A stretch of 64,000 bases of DNA from assembly GCF_964213995.1 (NCBI RefSeq), contig NC_135808.1:22878001-22942000 (forward strand), given 5' to 3'. Numbering within the stretch: the first letter of the stretch is position 1; each line of letters starts with the position of its first letter. Below are positions 13,197-23,200 of this stretch, piece after piece. The notes beneath the pieces were generated by a model that saw only the letters and a program-made list of their open reading frames with translations, was not told the DNA's origin and did not search any database. This DNA is from Mustelus asterias. Taxonomy: Eukaryota. The position numbers and the translations under genes are program-made.

Positions 13197-13510
13197 GGGC
13201 AGCACATTGGCACAGTGGTTAGCACTGCTGCCCCACAGTGCCCGGGTTCAATTCTGGCCTCAGGTGATTGTGGAATTTGCACATTCTCCCCCATGTGGGT
13301 TTCCTCCAGATGCTCCAGGTTCCTCCCACATTCCAATGATGTGCAGGTAGTTGGATTGGCCGTGCTAAATTACCTCTTGGTGTCAGGGTAATTAGTAGGA
13401 TAAATGCATGGGGTTGTGGGGATAGGGCCTGGATGGGATTGTTGTCAGTACAGACTCGATGAACCAAATGGCCTCCTTCTGCACTGTAGGGATTTGATGA
13501 TTCTATGATC
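13197..13510 (+). mobile_element. HE1-type SINE
   Basis: GGCACAGTGGTTAGCACTGCTGCC head and CR1-like tail. Confidence 0.8.
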
Positions 13511-13962
13511 CTCCCAGCACCAAAAGATGTCTGAGACACAGGCTCCCTGATCTCCAGCAATTTATTCCTCTTGATCTCGGCCAACAACCCCTTCCCCCAC
13601 ACTGTGTTAATCCCCTCTCCCCCAGCACCTCCCTCCCTTTTGACTTGAAGTCAAAGCGAAGACACAGCTTTTACCAGAGAGAGTTTGAGTTACAGACAAC
13701 ACCACTATACCCGACCAGTGTCCCAGCTATCCCCATTTATAAGTGAAGAAATACCCATCACCTATTTAATCATGTAATTGCAATCAAATCTTAAAAATGT
13801 GATTGCCATTACATCTTAACTGTGTAATTATTATTAAACGTTAACACGATTGTGATTGTCATTAGACATTAACAAGTAATTGCGATTAAACCTTAACCGT
13901 GTGATTATCATGAAACATTAACTATGTAATTGCGATTAAAGCTTAACGCTGTGATTGTCATC

Positions 13963-14325
13963 TGATGTGGAGATGCTGGTGTTGGACTGGGGTAAACAGT
14001 AAGAAGTCTCACAAGACCAGGTTAAAGTCCAACAGGTTTATTTGGTAGCACAGCCACGAGCTTTCGGAGCGCCGCTCCTTCATCAGGTGAGTGGGATTTC
14101 AGTTCACAAACAGGCCATAGAAAGACACAAACTCAATTTACAAAATAATGGTTGGAATGCGAGTCTTTACAGGTAATCAAGTCTTAAACGTACAGACAAT
14201 GTGAGTGGAGAGAGCGTTAAGCACAGGTTAAAGAGATGTGTATTGTCTCCAGCCACGACAGTTAGTGAGATTTTGCAAGCCCAGGCAAGTCGTGGGGGTG
14301 ACACATAGTGTGACATGAACCCACA
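13963..14325 (-). mobile_element. Penelope-like element 3' fragment with a minimal hammerhead motif (14055-14089)
   Basis: Minus strand reads CAC-CTGATGA-AGGAGCGGCGCTCC-GAAAGCTC-GTG, followed by AATAAACCTGTTGGACTTTAACCTGG as in the other copies. Confidence 0.75.
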
Positions 14326-14899
14326 TGAGGACGGCCTCAATCGGGATCTTTGGGGTCAATTCTGGCATCAGGTCACTGTCTGCGTGGGTTTCCTCCGGGT
14401 GCTCCGGTTACCTCCCACAGTCCAAAGATGTGCAGGTTAGGTTGGCTGGCCATGCTAAATTGCCCCTTTGTGTTCGGGGGACTGTCAGGATGAATACGTG
14501 GGATTATGGGGATAGGGCCTGGGTGGGATTGTTGTCGATGCAGGCATGATGAACTGAATGGCCTCCTGTAGTGTAGGGATTCTATGATGTGGATACAATG
14601 AGTAAATTGGGAGTCACTGATTATGATTCCTACGGTCTGAGCAGATTTAAAAATTCAGCCCCAATAGAAAAACCACGGCTATTTATAGTTTAATTTACAC
14701 AGTCACATATGTAGGTTCGCCATCAGTCACTGGCTGTCAGCTCGAGAAAATTAACGCTTCAATGATTGTCTCATCCGCTCCTCCCACTGATCTCTCTGGA
14801 TTACTGATCAGGACGCGGGAGGTCACTGGGAAAGAGAAAAAAATCCATTGTTACAGAAAAAGGAAAACCCAGCAGACACAGAACACCCCCAACAAAACC

Positions 14900-16210
14900 C
14901 ATCAGACCCACCAGAGCCCTGACACCCAAAAATGCAGAAAGCTGGAGGAGTTCAGGAAGCGTAGGGGTGAAATTAAAAGAAAAATTGGGAAAACAAAGAG
15001 AGTGCTTGGGGAAAAAATACTTCTAATTAAAATCGAGGAACATCCAAAGATGTTTTTTAAATACATAAAATCGAGGAACATCCAAAAATCGAGGGTCACA
15101 AAGGAAAGAGTTGGGTCTATCGGAGACCAAAACACTAACCTGTGTGAGGAAGCAGAGGATGTGGGAAGATTCTGAATGAATAATTCAGGAATCAGGGAGC
15201 CGATGGTAATACAATGATGTAGTTCAGGAAGAGGAGACTGAATGATGGGATGGGATAAACACTGCAAGAGAGCAACTATTAATGGGTTTAACATTTTTGA
15301 AAGTGGACAAATCACCAGGCTGCTGAAAGAAGCAAGGGAGGACGTTACAGAGGTTTGGGAATCAGAAACATTTCTCCCTGGTGACAGATGTGGTGAAAGA
15401 GGGTTGAAGGACTGAGTAATTATCCACCAGTTAGCTTAATATTAGTGGTGGGAAAATTATTGGAATCGATTTTGAGGAACAGTGCAAAGCTTCATTTAGA
15501 AAGCCACAGATTAATCAAGGAAAGTTAGCATGGGCTTGTTCAGGAAAGCTCAGCTCAGACTAACCTGATTTGTTTGTGGAGGTGAGAAGTAGGGTTGCTG
15601 AGGGCTGTGTGGTGAGCTTTGGGATCTCCACGGCCCAGAACTTGGCCCCTTGCTTTCTATAGTTTATACAAATTATTTTGCTTCAAATGTAGGGAAAATG
15701 ATGAAGAAGTTTAGAGATGTACAAATATTATCCATGTGGGTGACAGTGAGGAGAAAAGCCTCAGACTGCAGGAAGATAGAGATGGTCTGGGCAGCTGGGA
15801 AGAACAGTGGAAAATGGAATTCAATCCGGAGCAGTGAGAGGTGATGGATTTCGGGAGAATTAACAAGGCAAACGGAATCCCCAATAAATGGGAGGATAAT
15901 GAGTAATGTGGAGGAACAGGGAGACCAAGGAGGGATATGTCCACAGATTGGGAAAAGTGTCAGGACAGGTTAATAACATGATTAAGAAGGGACACAACAT
16001 GTTTTCATTTATTCGCCAAGGTGCAGAATTTGGTCTTGCTAGAACTGTAAACAACACCAGATAGACGACAGCTGAAGCATTGCAAACAATCTGGTCAGCA
16101 TATTACACAAAAGATGTGATTGTACTGGAGAGAATGAAGAGGAGATTGTTTAATGTGGAGAGCTCTCCATTATCAGGCAGGGATTCAATGGGCTGAATGG
16201 CCCACTCCAA
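14900..16210 (+). mobile_element. Old CR1 LINE remnant, paralogous to about 61420-63250
   Basis: ORF remnant PKMFFKYIKS...TKERVGSI, collinear with the 61.4-62.8 kb segment. Confidence 0.75.
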
Positions 16211-16254
16211 AGCATAGGTTTTTTAACATTCAATGTTCCACCTGTGAAACACTA

Positions 16255-16600
16255 ACAAAACCCATGAGACCTCCAAACACCAGCTAAACCCATCAGACCC
16301 CCAAACACCAGCTAAACCCATCAGACCCCCAAACACCAACTCAATTCACCAGACCCCCAAACACCAGCTGAACCCATCAGACCGCCAAACACCAGCTAAA
16401 CCCATCAGACCCCCAAACAGCAGCTAAACCCATCAGACCCCCAAACACCAACTCAATTCATCATACCCCCAAACACCAGCTAAACCCATCAGACCCCCAA
16501 ATGCCAGCTAAACCCATCAGAGCCCCAAACACCTGGAAAACCCATCAGACCCCCAGGCACCAGCTAAACCCATCAGACACCCCAAAACACCAGCAAAGCT
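16255..16600. repeat. Minisatellite of about 29 bp (CCCCCAAACACCAGCTAAACCCATCAGA) downstream of gene A
   Basis: Tandem units. The same array occurs at 36415-37015, 38615-38765 and 63265-64000. Confidence 0.92.
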
Positions 16601-17025
16601 TATAAGTTCTACTCCACACCCCAAACATTCAGCAAATGATCAGACTCATCACAAAACACGACTAATATTAAATCCTGTGGGAGTGACAGACCCTAGTGGC
16701 CAACTTCAGGGAAAACACTGGGAATTCCGACTTCCTTAAGGAAATTGAGCAGCTTAGCGGAGGCTGTCCAGGGTGAGATGTTTCCGGGTGTCTCGACACC
16801 TCAACACCCACAATGTCTCCACCCTCAGACTGTACAGGAGCAGCCGTCTCCAGAAGACCAGTCTCAAAGCTCAGTGTTGGATTGGATGGGCTGCTCTTTA
16901 GTGACTATACAGCGAGAGACAGACACTGAGCTCACATCCCACCCACCAGATTGTACAGCTAAATCCAGCAGGAATATCCAAGTTAGAAGGGTCAGCTCCC
17001 AATATTTATCAATACAGTTCATACC

Positions 17026-17072
17026 TCAGGAACGCAATGAGGAGCTGGATGAGGAATTCCCACCATCAGAAG
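17026..17072 (-). CDS. Gene A cytoplasmic exon 2 (TSDGGNSSSSSSLRS*)
   Basis: TTTAACAG acceptor, Ser-rich tail, and TGA followed by a G|GTATGA donor. Conserved in gene B. Confidence 0.8.
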
Positions 17073-17219
17073 CTGTTAAAGGAAGGAGAGGTATTAAAAA
17101 CTGTTCATTATCACAGAGACAGAGACTGTGGATGTGATAAAGAGAGAATGAGAGAGACAAAGAGAGACACAGAGAAAGAGGTTCTCACACACATACTGAC
17201 GGTGACACACAGAAATACA

Positions 17220-17266
<47 letters not shown>

Positions 17267-20200
17267 TGTTTGATGATCAGCTTACTCTTTGCAGGATTGT
17301 AGTCGCTCTTCCCTCTCCCTGTAAAACAAGGAATGTTCAGTGAGTGACGAGACTGAGAGAAAATCAGAGACAGAGGCTGGAACTCTCACTCGCACTGAGC
17401 CCCGACAACACAATTCTGAACCTTCACTCCCACCACAACCAGAGACCCTCAGTCCCACCCTGACCCTGGACCCTCACTCCCACCCTGACCCTGGACCCTC
17501 ACTCCCACCCTGACCCTGGATCCTTACTCTGACCTGATACCCTCACAGATACCCTGAACTCCATCCGCAATCTGAGACCCTTCCCACAATTCACAGACAC
17601 TCCCCCTTTATCTTGAGCCCATTATCCTCCCTGTCCCAACTCTGGGGCTCTTCCACCCACTCTGTGACCCCCCCACACCAACCTGAGACCCACAGCCTGA
17701 GCCACCCCCACCCTGGAACACTCTCCCACAATCCCTCTCCCCAGTGAGGAGCTGCTCTTTTCCCTCCAATTCCTACCTTTCTTGTTGTAGATGACGACAG
17801 CCACAATGATGAGAGCGATGAGCACGAGGACCCCGACCACTATCCCGACAGTAACAGCAACCTGGGAGCGAGACTTTGGTTCTGTTAGAGAGAGAATCAG
17901 AGAGACTGAGTGAATCAGGGAGAGGGAAAAGTGAGAATCAGAGAGAGAATCAGAGAGACTGAGTGAATCAGGGAGAGGGAAAAGTGAGAGTCAGAGAGAG
18001 AGAATGTGAGAGGGTGGGAGAGAATGAGAGAGGGAGAGAGAGATCGCATCTAAGAATGAGTGAGGGAGTGAACGAGAGATAGAGAAAGCTCAGAGAGAGA
18101 GAATGAGAGAGTGAATCAGAGAGAAAGAAAGAGAAATGTGAGAGTGAGAATGAGAGAGGAAGAAAGAGAAATGAGAGAGTGAATCAGAGGGAGAGAGAGA
18201 ATCAGGAAACACAGGATATACGACACAGAAACCGGCCATTCAGCCCATCCAGTTGATGCTGGTGTTAATGTTCTACTTGAGCTTCCTTCCATTTTTTCTT
18301 ATCTAATTCGACCATTTTAACTCTATTCCCCTCTCCCTCATGTGCTTGTTGATCCTCCCCTTAAACTATACTGTTCAGTTCAGCCACTCCCTGTGGCAGC
18401 GAGCTCCACATTCTCATCACTCTTTGGGTGAAGAGGTTTCTCATGAATTCCCCATTGGGTTTCTTGTATTGATGGCCACTGGATATGCTCTTCCCACAAG
18501 AGGAACACTCTCATGTGTCCGCTCCATAAAAAACATTTCATAATTTTAAATCCTCGATTAGATCAACCCTCAGCCTTCTGTTTTCCCGAGAGCAGAGACC
18601 CAGCCGGTCAATCCTTTCCTGAGATGTCCACCCACTTATTTCTGGAATCATCTCTGTAAATCTTCTCTACACTCTCTCCCCTGACTCTATATCCTTTGTG
18701 TGAAATGGTGACCGGAACTGCACACGGTCTTTAAATGTGGTCTAACCAAGTTTTGGCAATAACGTCCCTGCTTTACAATTCTATTCCTCGAGAAGCAAAA
18801 CCTGGTTTTCGATTGTATTTTGTTTATTGTCTAACCTGTAACTCTATGTTTACTGATTGGTGTATTTGTACATCAAGATCCCTTTGTTCCTCAACCCTCC
18901 CTATTCATTGTTAACTGAAAAATACCTCACGTTTATCTGTGCTGAACTTTATTCACCAACTATTTGTTCAAGTTTATTCATGTCCTTTTAATTTATTCCA
19001 GTTCTCCTCAATATCAAATAATTCTCCCAATTTGGTGTTATCTGCAAATTAAGAAATGGTGTTTTTGATTCCAATATCCAAGTTATGGAGTGTAAGTTGT
19101 GAATAGCAGTGATCCCAACACTGATCCTTGTGGAATGATGGAGGAACCCAGCACATCAGTGCAAAAGATAAAGCCGAAGTATTCGCAGCAACCTCCAGCC
19201 TGAAGTGCCGAGTGGATGATCCGTCTCGGCCTCCTCCAGTGGTCCCCAGCATCTCAGACACCAGTCTCCAGATCATTCGATTCACTTCACGTGATATCAA
19301 GAAACGGTTGGAGGCACTGGATACTGCAAAGGCAATGGGCCCTGATAACATTCCACCAATAGTACTGAAGACTTGTGCTCCAGAACGTGCCACTCCCCAA
19401 GCCAAGCTCTTCCAGTACAGTTACAACACTGGCATCTACCCAACAATGTGGAAAATTGCCCAGGTATGCTCTGTACACAAAAAGCAGGACAAATCCAATC
19501 TGGCCAATTACCGCCCAATCAGTCTACTATCGATCACCAGTAAAGTGATGGAAGGGGTCATCGACAGTGCTATCATGCAGTACCTGCTCAGCGACGCCCA
19601 GTTTAGGTTTCGCCAGGGTCACTAAGCTCCTGACCTCATTGCAGCCTTGGTTCAAACATGGACAAAAGAGCTGAATTCCAGAGGTGAGGTGAGAGTGACA
19701 GCCCTTGACATCAAGACCATATTTGACCGAGTGTGGCATCAAGGAGCCCGAGCAAAACTGGAATCAATGGGTATCAGGGGGAAAACTCTCCGCTGGTTGG
19801 AGTCAGACCTGGTACATAGGAAGATGGTTGTGGTTGTGGAGGGTCAGTCATCTCAGCTCCACGACATCTCTGCAGGAGTCCCTCAGGATAGTGTCCTCGG
19901 CCCAACAATCTTCAGCTGCTTCATCAGTGACCTTCCCTCCATCATAAGGTCGGAAGTGGGGATATTCGCCGATGATTGCACAATGTTCAGCACCATTCAC
20001 GACTCCTCAGATACTGAAGCAGTCCATGTTCAAATGCAACAAGATCTGGACAATATCCAGGCTTGGGCTGACAAGTGGCAAATAACATTCGAGCCACACA
20101 AATTACAGGCAATGACCATCACCAATAAGAGACACTCTAACCACCGCCCCTTAACATTCAGTGGTGTAACCATCACTGAATCCCCCACTGTCAACATCCT

Positions 20201-23200
20201 TGGGGTTACCATTGACCGGAAACTCAACTGGACTCACCACATAAACACAGTGGCTGCAAGACAGGTCAGAGGCTAGGAATACTGTGGCAAGTAACTCACC
20301 TCCTGACTCCCCAGAGCCTATTCACCATCTACAAGGCACAAGTCAGGAGTGTGATGGAATACTCCCCACTTGCCTGGATGGGTGCAGCTGCAACAACACT
20401 CAAGAAGCTTGACACCATCCAGGACAAAGCAGCCCGATTGACCCGTCCACCACCGGTGCTCAGTAGCAGCAGTGTGTACTGTCTACAAGATGCACTGCAG
20501 CAATTCACTGAAGATCCTTAGACAGCACCTTGCAAATACACGATCACTTCCATCTAGAAGGACAAGGGCAGCAGATAAATGGGAAGATCACCACCTGCAA
20601 GTTCCCCTCCAAGCCACTCACTTGGAAATAGCCACTGACTTGGAAATATATCACCGTTCCTGCGTGGTCACTGGGTCAAAATCCTGGAATTCCCTCCCTA
20701 ACAGCATTGTCACCATCACCTTCTCAAGGGCAACTGGGGATGGGCAATAAATGCTGGTGAGCCAGCGACACCCATGTCCCACGAATGAATTAAAAAAAAA
20801 CATTTTCCACTTTCTGTCACTCCGAAAAACTCCCTTGACTCTCACTCTCTGCTTTCTGTCCCAAAGTCAGCGAGTGATCCATTCTGTCACTCATCCCCTA
20901 ACTCCACATGCTTTCACCTTGTCAATCAGTCCATCACAAACACCCTTTTCTATTACATTTGAAAAATTATATGATATTATATCTATTACATTTCCATTGT
21001 CTATTCCCTTTGTTACATCCTCAAAAAATCCACTAAGTGGAGTAAAACAAGATTTTCCATTTCAAAATCCATGCTGAATATTCATTGTTATAGTATTTCA
21101 TTCTCGATTTTCATGAATTGTCTCCAATAGAAGGAATTCCATTATTTTTCTGAATACTGATCTTAATCTGACTGAAGTAAACTTCCAGGATGCACTGGGT
21201 CCTGTCCTACTGTAATATTTGATTTGATTTATTATTGTCACATGCATTGGTACACAGTGAAAAGTGTTGTTTCTTGGATACAACAGTGCACTGTTGGAGA
21301 ACAGATTTTCACTCCATCTGACGAAGGGGCAGCGCTCCGAAAGCTTATGGTATTTGCTACCAAATAAACCTGTTGGACTTTAACCTGGTGTTGTGAGACT
21401 TCTTACTGTGCTTACCCCAGTCCAACGCCGGCATCTCCACATCATGACTATCCTCAAATAGCCCAGGCACACGGTGACCTACCTCCTGTAATATCCCAGA
21501 TGTCCCACTGGGTCATCGCACACAGTAATATCCCAGGATAAACCAGGCCCTGTCTATCCTCTAATATCCCAGGCAAATGGTGCCCCACCTCCTGTAATAT
21601 CCCAGGATATACCAGGCCCTGTCTCCCCTCTAATATCCCAGGCACACCATGCCCTTCCTCCTGTAATATCCCAGGATACACCAGGCCCTGTAAGGCTGCA
21701 ATATCTCAGGATACACGAGGATTTGTCCGATTATAATATCCCAGAATACACTGCATTCTGTATTACAGCAATATCCCAGGATACACGAGGTCCTGTCATG
21801 CTGCAATATCCCAGATATACTGGGCCCCACCATACTGTAATATCCCAGAACACCCCAGGTCCAGACTTACTCTAATGTCCAATGATACACCGGGCCCTGT
21901 GCGACTGTAATATTCTACGATACACTATATCATGTCATACTGTAGTATCCCAGGATTCACCAAAACCAGTCATACTTCAATCACGCAGGATACTCTGGGC
22001 TCTGTCGTACTGTAATCCCAGGACACACTGCAACCCGTGCAAAATAATATCCCAAAATGCACTGGGTCTTGTCGTACAATAATATCTCTGGACACACTGG
22101 GCTCTGTCATACTCTAATATCCCAAGTAAACCAGGCCCTTGTGCACAGAAACATCCGAGGATACACTTGGCCTTGTCCCCACTGTAATAATGTGGAGATG
22201 CCGGCGTTGGACTGGGGTAAGCACAGTAAGAAGTCTCACAACACCAGGTTAAAGTCCAACAGGTTTATTTGGTGGCAAATACCATAAGCTTTCGGAGCAA
22301 TGCTCCTTCGTCAGATGGAGTGGTCAGATGGACAGAGACCACTCCATCTGACGAAGGAGCATTGCTCCAAAGCTTATGGTATTTGCTACCAAATAAACCT
22401 GTTGGACTTTAACCTGGTGTTGTGGGACTTCTTACCCCACTGTAATATCCCAGGATACACTGGGCCCTGACCAACTAAAGGATCTCATGATACGCAGCGC
22501 CCTGACCCACTGTAATGTCCAATAACGCAACGGGTCCTGTACTCCCAGTTACTTCCCAGCATGCACCGGGCCCGGTCAGGCTGTAATATCCCAAGGTACA
22601 CCCGGCCTTATCCATCCTGTAATATCCCACAAGACACTGGATCCTGTTGCACTGTAATACAGCAGGATACAGTGGGGTATGTTTCATGTCAAATCCATGG
22701 ACACACAATTATTTCCATCAAAAGGTGGTGCCATGATATATAACACATTGGAGATTAATATTTATTTTCCTCTCTGTATCCCGGGCCTCAGGCTGTCCTG
22801 GGCTGACAGCTCAGCACTGACCCTCACTCCTGTGATCCTGGTCTGAGGCTGGGTCCTCTCTAACAGTGAGAAACAGTCTCACCGTAAATCACCACCAGTG
22901 TCTCCTTCATCCCGCTGTGTTCCACCCGACAGGAATACTCGGCCTGGTCCTCTGGATCAAACTCTACCCATTTCCGGATCTGGTAGGAGCTGTCGTGATT
23001 GGGTAAGATCCCACTGGACAGAGTCTCATCAATCACCACTCTGTTTCTCCACAGATTCACCTCGATGGCTTGAGGGTAAAACCCAGTGACAGCACAGGAC
23101 AGCCGGTTAGAATCACCCAGACGGGTAAAGGACACGACGGGGGCAACTGAGAGAGAACGAAAGAGGAGTCAAAACAGGAACCTCGAGATAGAGAGTCCCG

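Noticed and set aside
12700-13350. Cys-rich repetitive ORFs
   Set aside because: Translation artefacts of the 33-bp minisatellite.
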